A stretch of 64,000 nt of DNA, from positions 12,961,923 through 13,025,922 of the forward strand of contig CM119263.1 in assembly GCA_051294375.1 (NCBI GenBank), written 5' to 3'. Shown piece after piece: positions 24,992 through 38,744 of the stretch (position 1 is its first letter; each line of letters begins with the position of its first letter). The DNA is from Paraspadella gotoi (lineage: Eukaryota; Animalia; Chaetognatha). The notes beneath the pieces are model-generated. The model searched no databases. It saw only the letters and a list, made by a program, of their open reading frames with translations, and was not told the DNA's origin. The translations under genes were made by a program, and so were the position numbers.

Positions 24992-26331
24992 GAAAAGAGA
25001 GAGAAAGAGAGAGAAGGAAAATCCATAAAGAGAGGACAGATATGGTTCTAGCGGAAAAAAAACCCAAAGTGGCAGCTGTGACACTTTTAAATCTTGTTTA
25101 CGACGGAATCCGTGGTCTCTCGTCGGCGTTGGCCCGTCAATCCACCGCGACCCCCCCCCCCCCCCGTCTCGAACGCTCTTCCGTGAGCCGAGACCCGAAC
25201 ATTACCTCTTACATATTTCATTCTCCCTCCTTTTTACTTTTAGTACGTTGGCTTTAAATATTATTTATTTCAGGTCCGATATCATCCCCAAATAAGAATT
25301 CAAGGCCAGGATGAAAGCCGCCCCTGCTCAACTCCCCCACCCCCCGACCCCGGTTTATTTCTCCTCTCAAAGTCTGTATTTCTTCTCTCACGATATGTCT
25401 CCCTCCTCCCCCTTAACCTCACTCTCGATTTTTGTCGTTGAACACAACACATCAACAAAAACCTGCATACGGCGTCGTCATAGATTTTATTCTGCTGCGC
25501 TCGGCGCTCGTTTGAGCAACCCCAGCGCGGTCGCGATCCAAGTTAAGCGTACATGTTCTGCAAATCGGTAAATTTTTTTTTGTGACATGTTTCAAATTGT
25601 CATCTTGTATGTGTGTTTGGGTAAATCTCTAAACTCGTCGAAATTTTATTCCAAGAAAATCGGTCGTATTACTTTTACTAAAAATGAAGAGTTTTTTGAA
25701 AAATACTCTTCGGTNNNNNNNNNNNNNNNNNNNNNCTTGGATGGCTATCGTGCTCAATCTTCATCTTTAAGGACGGTAAAGTTCCGAGTAGAGATCAGCA
25801 AGGATACAAGCGAGGGTCGGTGGTCGGTAGCGCCATCAACAACGCCCAAACGACGGGGGGATCGCCTCGCCTCATTAGGCGTCATCCATTCTCGAGGCCA
25901 ATCGCACCAAACTACAAAGTGTGACAGCCGAGAGAAAAAAAGGCTCAACAGTTGACAGGTTTTTTTGGTTTCTTTGTTTGTTTATTTGTTTTGTTTTTTG
26001 TAGTAATATTTTTAAGCTTTCTCATACGTATTCTTTGTTGCTGATATTTAGGTCACTTCAATTCCGTAATCATTGAGAGAAAATATTTGGCTTACAGGAC
26101 AAAATAAAATATCTAAAAACCAAAAGGTTATACGTTACTTTTAAAAAACGAAAATGAAAAAGCGATTGATCTTTATCGATGGCGCTTATAAAAAAAAACG
26201 TAAATAATAAAGGAAAACCTCTAAATCTCACTTTGGCGAAGGTCTCGGGATTCATCCGGGGTCATCGACAAGAAAATAAAGGGAGAGAAAAACGAGATAA
26301 AAACTGAAGCCGCAAATGGAAAATGGTAATA

Positions 26332-26405
<74 letters not shown>

Positions 26406-27049
26406 GGAACGATGAGGGAAACAGATGAATGAAGAACCTGATGGTTGGAGGAAAGTAAATGTTTTTTTATTGGGAAGGAATGAATGAGAAAATGAATTAT
26501 TGCCCGCTTTCGTTGAAACCATGCAATAAATAATCAATCACTTCAATAATATGTTATTCATGGAGTTTCTTTATAAATAAAAAGAGAGCAAAACGAATAT
26601 TTTACTTAAACCTTAATTTAAGGTTTTCTTCCCATTATTTTTTTTATTTTCTTGCAGCTACTTTTGTCGATCTAGAAATAACAGTAATTGTGACAGACAA
26701 GCGAGGTCATTCACCATCTTATGTTAACTTTCCTTTCTTTTTTTTCTTAACCCTCGTATTTTGTCCTTTCGTGATTCGTGGTAAAATTCATGTCAGTACC
26801 CTGTACATTCTTCTTCACTGACTTTTTCTGTTTGATTTAGACTTTCTTTTTTGGTCTCTCGTAAAATGTTTTTCTTATTATTTACTTTTTTCTTTACATC
26901 CTGTGCTATTTTCGTTTACAACAATCCATACATATTAAATACACTATACAGTTGCGTGATGTGAAAATTATAAAAGTTCATGATATAAAAATTTAACACA
27001 TAGATCATGAAAATAAAAATAAAAATTTTAATTTTAAATATTAATTGAG

Positions 27050-27400
27050 CCCAGTGATCTGTATTTTTATATAGTAATAAATATATAATTGGCTAAAATT
27101 TCCAAATAAAATTTTATGAATTATAAGACCGGATTTGAGTTTTTTTGCAAAAAGTGGTCAAAAAAGTAAAAAAACCATATTTAAACTATCGATTTTTAAT
27201 TTTCAGCTTAAAAATATAATTTTTTGCTATTTAGACTAACTTAGCGACATAATTTTTTAAAAAGATTTATATTTATTTTTATTATGAGAAATCTGAATCT
27301 GTCTTTAGAAATAAATTTAAAAAACAAAAAAATTTGAAATATCGACATTATACAAAATAAACTGACTGGGATACTACTGGGATAAAAATAAAAAAAAATA
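27050..27400 (+). mobile_element. Degenerate relative of the foldback MITE family
   Basis: Shares colinear motifs with the 14.3-14.6 kb interior: AAAAGTGGTCAAAA, AATTTTCAGCTTAAAAAT, ATGAGAAATCTGAATCTG and AATTTGAAAT. No termini found. Confidence 0.35.
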
Positions 27401-28114
27401 CAGATTCGTATTCACCAATAGCATAGTTTTAGAGCATTGCTAAATTCGTAAACATTACAATAAATCCAGCAATTCCGTATTCATTGAGATTTGTCAAAAC
27501 TGTTTATACAATGTGCAACGAGTGAGAGCGATTAGTTTCCTCCGTTAATTCGCAGAGAGCAATGATCTCGGCTCGACTGGATGAATTAGCTTTGATCCTC
27601 GCCTTCAAACCAACTTCACAGAGAGTCGATGAAACGCGGTGCAGATTTTCGGCAAAGGGTAAGGCTTTCCGGAGATAGATTTCAAATTATAGATTCGCTG
27701 CCAAGATATATGGAAGGTCTGTTGCTGGACTCATTGCATTCATCAATCACCATCCGTCAGAATACGTCTCACTTCCGACATCTCTGTCTCTCTCTCTCTG
27801 TCTATCTGTCTCTCTTTAAATTTTTCTCCTTTTTTTCCAACTCTCTCCCGCTCTAAACCGAATGCTTCANNNNNNNNNNNNNNNNNNNNNNNNNNNNNNN
27901 NNNNNNNNNNNNNNNNNNNNNNNNNNNNNNNNNNNNNNNNNNNNNNNNNNNNNNNNNNNNNNNNNNNNNNNNNNNNNNNNNNNNNNNNNNNNNNNNNNNN
28001 NNNNNNNNNNNNNNNNNNNNNNNNNNNNNNNNNNNNNNNNNNNNNNNNNNNNNNNNNNNNNNNNNNNNNNNNNNNNNNNNNNNNNNNNNNNNNAATTGGC
28101 TCTGGCGAGTTCCG

Positions 28115-28333
28115 GTTGCCATGGTGACGGAAGACGACGAACGACAACGACGGGAGCGACGACGACGATGACACCGACGACATCAACGACAATCGACTTC
28201 TCGATTAGTGCGAAGTGGCGTTCCGGGGTGCCGTCGATGACAACGACGACCAGCGACCACGACGACGACGACGACCGCCCGGCTTGACATCCCAACGCGG
28301 AGGCTCATTGTTTATTCGCGTTCCTATGGAAAC
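28115..28333. promoter_or_regulatory. Two RFX X-box motifs
   Basis: GTTGCCATGGTGAC (28115-28128) and GTTCCTATGGAAAC (28320-28333), compared with the X-box consensus GTHNYY-AT-RRNAAC, in a CpG-rich patch. Confidence 0.45.
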
Positions 28334-28421
28334 AGCGTCTTTGTTAACAATTCATTCCGCGCACCACGCCTACGGTCACCCTCACCAAGGGATCTATCTT
28401 GTCTTTCTCTCTCTCTCTCTC

Positions 28422-28470
<49 letters not shown>

Positions 28471-28618
28471 TCTATCTCTCTCTCTCTCTCTCACTAACTC
28501 TCTTTTCTCTACTCTCTCTCCTTTCTGTCTAACACGCCCATAACCAATCCTCACCCCTTTTCCAGTGACTTGGTAAAACCAGACAAATCCCGATAGAAAA
28601 AACCACCGGTCGAGAAAA

Positions 28619-28649
<31 letters not shown>

Positions 28650-28690
28650 CATAGATATATAGATATATAGATAGATATATAGATATATAG
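28619..28690. repeat. (TAGA)n/(TA)n compound microsatellite
   Basis: Direct inspection. Confidence 0.9.
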
Positions 28691-28736
28691 GAATGAAAAA
28701 GAAGCTCACTACTTCTTGATGACCGAAAGCATAAAA

Positions 28737-28951
28737 CGTATGTTATGGCAACGGGAGGATAGCCTGTGATACCCGGGGCGCGGGGTATCTCACCAACTGG
28801 CGTAGGGGCTGCGGACCCTCAGTGACCGCCTCCTGTCACTGGCATGTTTATACCGGCACCGTCACATTTAAGCCAGAACCGGGATACCCAGGGATTGAAC
28901 CCGGGACGCACGGATGGAATGAGATGATTTAGCCTGCTCAGCCATTGAGAC
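28737..28951 (-). mobile_element. tRNA-derived SINE-like element
   Basis: Minus strand starts GTCTCAA, then A box TGGCTGAGCAGG (28933-28944) and B box GGGTTCAATCCC (28891-28902) within an intact T-arm CCGGG-TTCAATC-CCTGG. No acceptor stem pairing. The body is hairpin-rich. Confidence 0.7.
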
Positions 28952-29293
28952 GAGGCTGAGGACGGACAGCAGTGAGGCAGCTTTAAGTCTTGCTGCCACA
29001 ATGTATCCATTTTTTTCTTCGAAATATAGATGTGAGAAATGGCGACCGCAAGAAGAATGAATTCTCAGCGAGGGCGTTTGTCGTTAATAAAAGTAGAAAA
29101 TTAAAATACGTAAAATGCAAATGTTGTTTGACGCATGATATGAAAAAGAAAATTTTTTTAATAATCGCGAGGAAAGAAAAGACGAAAGAAGATGAGATTT
29201 TGAGTGAAAAGGAATATAACGTGAAAAAACGCTTGATTTATGAAAGGTTCTTTGGGGGGGAGAGCAGAGAGAAGAGAGAGAGGAGAGAGAGAG

Positions 29294-29362
<69 letters not shown>

Positions 29363-29533
29363 CGCAAAAGAGCGTAAACACTTAGAAAGGACCGAGGCTC
29401 CGTGGCCGAAAAAGTGTGTTTGATGCAGTGAATTGAAAAATCAGTCCCGAATGATTAAATGGCGAGAAAAGCGGCGAGCTAAGTCGGAGGTGCTTTTTTG
29501 AGTTTTGTTTTTATTTTGAAGAACACCCGATTT

Positions 29534-29567
<34 letters not shown>

Positions 29568-30903
29568 AAAACTGAAAAATTACTTGTTTCACCATTTTAA
29601 GTTTTAGATTTTAAAATATTCATTAAAATCACCTATCACACATTCCATATTTTTTATTTTTAGTGTTGTTTAGTAGTCTCGATTTATTACTCACCGATCA
29701 CCGTTCGAGATTCAAGCAGTTAACTCACACATGCACGTTTTATACTGCATAAGAAACGGTGGGCGTCGACTGTTCTCTGAGCGTACTCACGCCCAGCCGT
29801 CCTTAGAGGGCGGATCGCGTGCCTTCCGCATCAGCGGAAAAAAAAAAGAAGAAAAAGACGAATTATAAAAACTTGGGTTTTTACGAGAAAGGAGAGAGAG
29901 AGAAGGGGACGTGCTTCTTGTTGGGAGGGGGAAGTGAGCGAGAGTGTCGTTGCTTCGTACGGGGAAGGGCGGAAGAATTTAAACCGGTCTAAAAATAAAA
30001 ATACGTCTACGAAAAACAACGGCTAAGATCGGAAGCCAAAATCGCAAAGCGAAAAGCTCTTTTTTTTTTCAGCCGGAGAATGAAGGGCGAGCGGAGAAAA
30101 GCGTCCGGTTACTAGGCTGCACCAGGGTGGGGGTTGTTGAGAGCGGGTGAAGCTTGTTTACGTCGATGGCGATTCGCTTTGACGTTCATGCTCCGGCAGC
30201 GTTGCAGACGTTGGAGGATGGGCGTTTGATTCAGAGAGCGGGGCAGAAAGTAGGCTGTAGACTGCAGAGAGCAGAGTGCAGAGACTCTATATACCTCGAC
30301 AGTCGTAGACTATGAAGGTGATACGGATAAAAATAATGCTTGAAGTCTAATAGAGACGGGTACTACTGAGAGGGTAAAAAAATAATAAAAAACAAAAATA
30401 TGACAGAAAAGATGAAACAAAGGAATACCACTGAGCGTCAGACTTTTGCATGGTCGACTAGGAAGTCTGGACTCGAAAGGACGGAAGAAGAATTAAACCG
30501 GAAGTGAAAGGCGATTGCAGACCGAGACTCATAAAAGTCCTGATAGAAAGAAACGAGAGAATGAGAGGGAAAAGAGGAAGGGAAGAAAAGATGGTGGCAG
30601 TCAGAGAGAGAGAAAGAGAGAGAGGAGAGAGCAGAGAGAAGAGGAGAGTAGAGACGAGAAGACGAACGACGAGAGAGAGAGAGTGGGAGAGAGACCTTGA
30701 ACCTTTTCGTATTATATGAAAAATAGGGAAACCCTTCGTGAAAAATGGCAAAACGTTGGAGTCCCCGGGGACGCTTCAGTGACGTTGACACGGAACCAGA
30801 ATAACCTCAGAGCATCATGAGCTGCAGTTTTGACAGGTGGTGCAGCTGTCACAGGAGGTTCAGCTGTAACAAGCATGGCATGGTGGGAGGGAAGGTTTAC
30901 GTA

Positions 30904-30946
30904 GCATCGGGTGCGGCATCGGGTGCGGCAACGGGTGCGGCAACGA
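30904..30946. repeat. 12-bp tandem repeat (GCAWCGGGTGCG) x3.5
   Basis: Direct inspection. Confidence 0.85.
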
Positions 30947-31227
30947 GCTAAGTAGCTAAGTAGCGAAGTACTGAAAAGAATACCACCATTTTGACTCTGC
31001 CTTGGTTTAGTTTTTAAAACACGATGTCTTAATTTAAAGATTAATTAATTATTTAACAAAAATATATTTTGAATGCCCAATGTGAAGATATCGAAAAAAA
31101 TTGAGAAAGAAAAACGTATTGTGACCATTCACCTACGACCAACAATGGAAGGGTCACAGAGCAAACCATTTAAACGGCTGTCGTACATATATTTTATTGC
31201 CTGTCCAAATCGATGAACTAATGGTGA

Positions 31228-31335
<108 letters not shown>

Positions 31336-32952
31336 TCTCTCCAAGGAAAGATCACGTCGCGCGAGAGCGTAAAACGGAAGCGAATCGAAGGTGAAAATTG
31401 TTGATGACGCCGATAACCCGTCGACCCTGCGACCCGCGGCTGCACCGCTGCTCCGCTGCGCCAGGATCGGACCTGACCACTCGTCGAAGCGTTCAAGGCG
31501 GACGTGCGGGGGCGTGGCGCGAGTTGACCGTTTCGTTGAAAACTTGCACTGCCGCCGCTGCCCTCTGGCGAACTCGAAGGCGTCTTTAATATTTAATGTT
31601 CGACATTTATGAATCATAGTTTGAGAGACTTGGACGCAGATGGCAGCCAAACTATTTTAAGGGGAACGGCGGCAAGGAAAAGTAAGTTTCTTCAGTAATC
31701 GTAACTTTCTTAGACTTCCAGTAATATATACATTAATATAATAAAATATTTTAAAATAAAATAATGACAGAAATGATAGTACAAATAATCATATCATATC
31801 ATAATCATATCACTGTCAAAATTTCTGGAAAAAAGAGAGTCCATTTTCTTATTTATTAACGTCGACGAAAATTAAAGACTTGAATGATTATTTATGGAGA
31901 AGAAACATAAAACAAAGAGAGGCGGATTAGATTTGGAAGGAAAAGATTGGGCGGGAAATAACTTTCCTCTTTTCGATTTTACTATGAAAACAAGAATAGT
32001 CGAGGCGCATGACTTACCCGGGAAAAAGGTAAGGCAAATCATGGTCGAGAAGAGAAGGGATCTAAGATGTCAGGACACATGGGGAAAAAATGAGAAATGG
32101 AGAGGGAGAGAATCGGGGAAAAAAACTCGAACCGAAAAAAGGAAAAAAAGGGAAAAAAGAAAAAAAGGAAAAAAGAAAAAAAGAAAAAAAGGAAAAAAGG
32201 AAAAAAGAAAAAAAGGAAAAAATCGATGAATAAAGAAAAAATTATAAAAGGAAAAATACAATCAAAAAATATTTTTTTCCCTAAAAACAGTTGATTCATA
32301 TAATAAAGACGATACATACAACCCGGATATTACAGACAATCGACAATCGACCTGCTTTTCAATATTCAACATTTAAAGACAAGGAATAGCTTTCGTGCAA
32401 CAGCAACCTAATAACTAATAAGCAGAGTAGACTTGTGCCGGTTGCGACCAGGCGCGTGCGCGTGACTTCGCGCGGGCGATCGAACGAGACGTCGTGAAAA
32501 AGCAAAGGAATTTTCGTTTCTGTGTGGAGAAAAGTGCGTTGGGAATGTGGGAATCGCAGCTGGAGAGAGAGTGAAGGTGAAAATGAGAGAGAGGAGGTTG
32601 GGTAGGTGAGAAAGTGTGAGATTGTGAACAGCGAGGGTGGAGAAAATGCGAGAAAAAAAGCGATACAAATGGGTAGTCTAAAAAAAAAATAAAGAGTCGC
32701 ATCGTGAAGAAAAAAAAGGAAGAGATCAGATGCTCGAGTCGGTGTTTATCCCTTTGTATCGGAAAAAGGAAAGAAAAGAAGAAAGCCGGGTTTAAAAATA
32801 TAGTAAATACGATCGAAGACTCTCTGGTAGCGACTATTGACTGAGAAAAGACGGTTGGAAATTCCTAATAATATTTTATTAACGACGGAGTCCAAAAAAA
32901 AATAATACATATTATTAAAAAATATATTAAGAAAAACGCCGGTATCATTCCG

Positions 32953-32954
<2 letters not shown>

Positions 32955-33042
<88 letters not shown>
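32955..33042. repeat. (AG)n microsatellite
   Basis: Direct inspection. Confidence 0.97.
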
Positions 33043-33046
<4 letters not shown>

Positions 33047-35040
33047 AGAGAAATTATTGCAGGAGTGTTTCTTCTGAAATAATTCTCGTACAAATTAGGT
33101 CGAGGTCAGGGCCGAAGGCTGGGACGGCGTCGACTGCGGACGAGCTTCTAATTGAGAAACCAAAACCACTTTGTAATTGCCTCGACTCAGTTTTTCCTTC
33201 TCTTCCTTTTTTCTTTTCTTTCCCGTCCCTTCTCTTTCCTTTGCCATCTTTTTTTTTAGAGACTTTTCTTTCGGACTTTTTCTCTTTCAATGTTTTTTTT
33301 CTTCTTCATTTTACTTTGTAATTTTATTTTTTTCCTTTCCCACATACCTTTTTTATATTTGACCTCTTCTGAAGAACGAGATCTCATTCCTTTTACCTTC
33401 CGTCCTCTTACATTTTAATTTCCATACTTTTTTCTCTTTTAATATTCATCTTTTTTTTCTCAATTTTTTCTTTCTCCGTCGGTTTCTTCTTTATGTAATT
33501 TCCTTTGGCTTTTATTTCCGACATTTTCCATTCGGACTTTCTCTTTTTTTTTTTCTAATTCTCAGTCTTCTTCTCTCGCTCCATATTTCCTTCTCTCTGA
33601 CTTTCCTTCTTCTACCCGATCGTTTCAATTTGTTTAAGCTTCTCTCCTCGCTTTTTCCCGTTTCTTTTTCATTTACCATCCGCTCCTAAATTTCTCATTT
33701 CTCTCGGTTCCCACTTCTTCTTTCCTCCCTTCCCCGGATCGTCTTTCATCTCAGTTTTTTTTTACCTTTTCCCTTTTTTTTTTCCTTTTAACCTTTTTTG
33801 CATCGAGGTTGAATCGCGCTCGGCACCGAGGCTGAGCTGCTTCTTCGCCGAGGAAAGCAACGCCGCGAGGCGAACTCAGGCTGCTGCGCGCAACTCATTT
33901 CTTACTGAGGCAGAATTAACGTTTTTTTTTTTCATTCGACGTTGTCAGCCGTTGGCATGAAAGGGGCGGTGTTGGTTCAAGAATGCTACTCGAACAATCA
34001 CTCTTTATTTACGTATATTAGTATAAAGAAACCTTGGTAAATCTAAAACTAAAGTCGGGACGTCATGATGTAAACAAAAAGCGAAGTGTCGATGAAAGAA
34101 TTAGTGAGACATTGTCAATGGGTTTTTTTTTTTTGTTTTTTTTTCAGCCGGTGGCATGAATTTTTAATAGGAACCGACTTGTCTGAAACAACTGAAGGAT
34201 ACGACGAGGAAGACCACGATGACAGAAACGACGACGAACATGGCGACGATAATGAAGACGAAGATAGAGACAGAAACTCCGCTGCTAAAACCGATTTTTA
34301 TCGTCGACGCGAGACGAGAATGAAAACTGTTTAGGCAGAAGAGAATAAAATAGGAATAGAAGCTGAAAGGACTAAAGCGAATTAATTAGATCCGATAGAA
34401 AAATGGAAAGCTCGATAAAACTGGCCGAAACAGGCAGTCGTGAGCAGACAGAAATTAAATACATTGTTAAGGATGAAAGATAAACGGAAGAGCTCAAAGG
34501 AAACTAAAAGAAAATTGAATCTAAGAGTTGATTAAATAAAAGATATGAGAATTAAATTGTCTCGAAGCAATACGTACAAAATCATTACCGCTTTTAAAAC
34601 TGGAGACGAAAAGAAAATATGGTAAGAGAGCAGCAAAACGACGTTGGTCAAATGTTTTTTTTTTTTCGACAGCGACTCGAGGGAGGAAAGGAAGGCAAAG
34701 GAGTCAAAGAAGGCGAAGGAGACAAAGGAGGCGAAGAGAAATGTAGCAAATGACGAGTTTTTTTCGCTTCGGTTCTCCGACTTTGACCGCCCTGCATTGA
34801 ACTTTCTTTCAACCGATTCCTTTTTTTGCATAATTTTTTTTTCTTTTTTCTTTTTACATTCCTTTTTCTATATTTTTTGGTATTTTTACTACTTCGTCTT
34901 TTATCTTTTTATATTTTTTTTAGCTGTACATTTTTTAGCGTTGTATTTTTCTTATATTTTTTCTTTTGCGGGCGGCGGCGTCAGGGTTGTCAAGAATCGA
35001 GGCCACCAATCGTTACGATTGACTGGCACGAAACCAGGGG

Positions 35041-35104
<64 letters not shown>

Positions 35105-36488
35105 CGGAAGGATACGTTCTAGTTTCCCCTTTCTTATTTAATGACAAAATCGTTATTTATAACGTTTTTGTCATTAAGATAATTACGGTTTTAATAATAA
35201 TAAAAATACTATAATGTGTAGTGGCCATTTCTTCCATCCTTAAGCTGATCAGTTTAAATTTTGATGATATATATAAAAGTAAAGTTATAACTAAAAATTA
35301 AGTATGTAAAAAAATATAAAAAAATCAAAAGGTAAATCCACAAAAAATGAAAAGAAAAAAAAAGATGAAAAGGAAAAAAAATTTGAAAAAGTTTTACATC
35401 TCACGTCATTCACTTTTTGAGAGGCTCCTTCACAATCGGATATGGAAGTTACGTCACATTTTTCGCGGTGGAGAGACGAGACGAGACAGAGAGAGAGGAG
35501 AGAGAGAGAGAGAGAGAGAAGAGAAGAGAGAGGAGAAGAGAGAGAGAGAAGAGAAGATAAATTGGGAAAGGTAGAGACAATGTCTGTGATTAAATGAAAG
35601 GAGAGATACTCTGAAATGAAACCAAGAACCAGCACATTCAAGGTGTTTCGACGAAGTGACGCATTTCCCGATAGAGCACTTTTTATTTTATTAAATAGAG
35701 TTCAAGTATTTACTAAATTGGTAAACAAAATAACCACGATGAATTTTCAGATGACCCAACGGTATCTGTATGTGGTCACGAGATTACACAAGTAAAAATA
35801 TATAAATAATAATTTTATTTTTTTTGGTTATATGATCTTACTATTTTCAGTGATTAGATTACACATGCATATTATGATACACCTCCTTACGACCAAGTTA
35901 AACCTTAATTCATGTAGTATTATAGGAGTTATTATATAGTGGAACAGACCACAAAAAATAGATGGATCGATAGACATAGAGACAGACCGACCGACCGACC
36001 GACCGAAAAGTTAAAAAAAAAGCAAGAGATCGATTGGTTGATGATTCACGTTATGAGCTATGGTGCCAGAGTAGTGGTTACTATGGTACAGCTTTCGTAT
36101 ATCGTCATTAAGTCCAAAAATTTGCGTGGTTTATTTTAGGACACGTGATGTTTTATTTTCGTTTTGATGATTTTGCAACATCCGAAAAAGGCTCGCGGCG
36201 AAAATTCGTTGGAAGATTTATGTCGTCGGAATTCTCAGGGTTCGTGTTCCCGACTTTTTGGCGGCCTTTTTTTTTCGAGGGGGGCGAGGCCCGGCGAGGG
36301 GGATTGGGGGGGAAATCAGGAAAATTGGGGGGTCACAGCCGCGACCCGCTGGAGCCAAGGAGCCGGTGCGGGCGAAGGGAGGAAAGAACACGAAAAAACC
36401 ATCGAAAAACCTTAAATCTAATTTTTTTTTTTTCCATGTATCATGGCGTTAACATTTATTATTCACGCGGCCGTGAGAAAGAGAGAGA

Positions 36489-36554
<66 letters not shown>

Positions 36555-38133
36555 AAGAGAAGGAAGAAGAAAAATGTCGAAAGCCACCCTTGAACTTGGC
36601 CGGGATCGATTTGACGAATAATTTTGATTACACGAAGTTCCCTGGGGTCGCGTTCAAAAAACAAAACGAAACTGATGATCATAAACAAAGGCGAAAAGAG
36701 AGGGAAACAAGGACGAATAAAGGCGGAAACAAAATAGAAAATACGCTAAACTCGGAGACCATGAAAGGAATGAGTTTTTTTACTCTCATTTTCTTCTCCA
36801 ACGACGAGAGATTATTCTAGAAAGTTTCCTTTTTTTTTGGGTGGAATCTAACGATATAGCGATATACATGCGGAAAAAAGCGTTGTTCATCGCGAAAAAT
36901 GCCCCTATTCAATTGGTCGATCTCATATACCCTGTAAACAACACATTAACCCATACACGAAGACGCGCACATGCCCATAGCAACCGACAAGCACGCACAA
37001 TTTTGTAGGACGGTTGATCCCAATAAGTTACTTTGCTTTTTTTTCATTTCCCAAATCTACCGCGTTCCTCACCTCCCCCCCCCGATTCCAGCTGACGTTA
37101 ATGGAATTTCCGCGAGCAGCCCACATTTTTCTTTACGATCGACGAAATAAATTTCCTAGCGAAGTGGCGTCACCTTGTCACCATAATTTATGGTGAGACG
37201 GTGGTGTAAATTTGGGATACAGCGCCACCCTCCGTCTTCGAGGTCATGGATTTTTTTTTAGATGGCGAAAGAAGGCGTTTCCCGCCCAACACGGACGAGT
37301 TGAGAGGAACTCCCCATAAAGTTGGGGGGCCGAACCGGGGCTCGCTACCAGTCCGCGTAAGTTGAGAAAGGAAAAATGTTTTTCAGAAGGTGTTACGGGT
37401 TATTCATAAAATAATTATACACCGTGAGGTTCCAAGGAGCGAAGGACCCCAGTTGCGGTTCCCCGCCAGCGCAAAAAATATAAAGATAATGGGTTAGAGA
37501 TGCGGTCGGTCGTAAGGAAAGCCGAGCCTCGATGGGAGTAAAGATTAAAAAAAAATTACTCCGGCTTCGCTCAATAAAAAAGTTAATTAGTAAAGAAACC
37601 GTAGAGTCGATCACCGATGGACTAGTAATCGTGCGACGCCGCGACGTGCGCTGCACTCATCCGCCAATAACTCGCACTCATGCTCAGGGCGGGCACACAA
37701 AGCTCTAGAGGCAACGCTCTCTCACCGGTTATGAGAAAAATACGAAGAAAAATATTACCTTTAAACCTTACCCTATCCATCCATTGTTATCAATACATCA
37801 TTATGTAGTATTCACCAACGTTTAACCTCATCCCTTACACTTTTGGATTTAAACTGTCTTTCCCACCTCCACTTTTGTAAGCTTTCTCATTCCTATCACC
37901 TCTCCCTTTTTTCCCTCACCAACTCCTCGCTCAAACTTACCAACGAAACCCCTTCCTCCAGCCCGGACGTTGTTGAACTTCATCCATTGTTTATTGCGCC
38001 TCTCACCGGCCTGGAGGAGAAACGATCTCGGGGCGGCGGTTTCGTTTTCAAGCCCCAGGATCAAGGGACCTACTATCGGCGGCGTCGGTTGGAGAGAGAT
38101 CTTTGGAGACCCCGGGATTAAATATCTGCTGAG

Positions 38134-38744
38134 TAAGGCGTAGTAAAATTTCTAAATTTAACTTTAATTAAAATTCTAAAAGTGAGGAATGAACAACATT
38201 ATACTAATGAACATTTATGTAATAAAAAACTTTATAATAAATTTTTCAATTTACGCAGTAGGCCATGTTTATACTAGTACTAAACCAATAAATGTTAAAA
38301 TTTCAAAACAGTTTTTTCTAAGATATTTTTGCAGATTTGGATTCGTCATAAAAAGTTGATAAAAAGAAATATAACTCTTTTTGAAAAATTCCTTCATTAA
38401 GTGGGTCAAAAATTAGAAAAAGCTATATTTTAAGCTGAAAATTAACTTTTTATATATTAAATATAGTTTTTTAAATTTTTAACCCACTTAATGAAAGAAT
38501 TTTTAAAAATGATTTATATTTTCTTTTATCAACTTTTGACGAGGAATTCAAATCTGCAATCAAAATTAAGAAAAGCCTATTTTGAAATTTTTCGATTTTA
38601 TAAGGATAGTACTATATATAAATATAGCCTACTGTGAAAATTAAAAAACATAAATTTTTTTTTTTTACAAAGTAATGTCCACTGATGGTATGTTGTTCAT
38701 AATTGACTTTTAGAATTTTCGTATGTAACTTTCACTACGCCTTA
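38134..38744 (-). mobile_element. Foldback-type MITE, hAT-like, 611 bp, 8-bp TSD CTGCTGAG
   Basis: TSD CTGCTGAG at 38126-38133 and 38745-38752. TIR TAAGGCGTAGT...ACTACGCCTTA. Imperfect inverted arms extend almost to the centre. Reverse-orientation homologue of 14154-14860. Confidence 0.9.

Noticed and set aside
25736-25955. BRSK/SAD kinase C-terminal-like VKFRVEI segment
   Set aside because: Only a few matching residues, several frames are equally open, and the 5' end is lost in a gap.
28326-28400. His-rich N-terminus METASLLTIHSAHHAYGHPHQ as a transcription factor start
   Set aside because: It runs into a CT microsatellite without a convincing donor, and the ATG is part of the X-box motif.
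28880-28951. Functional tRNA gene
   Set aside because: The T-arm is present, but there is no acceptor stem or clean anticodon arm. The same applies to 6193-6250.
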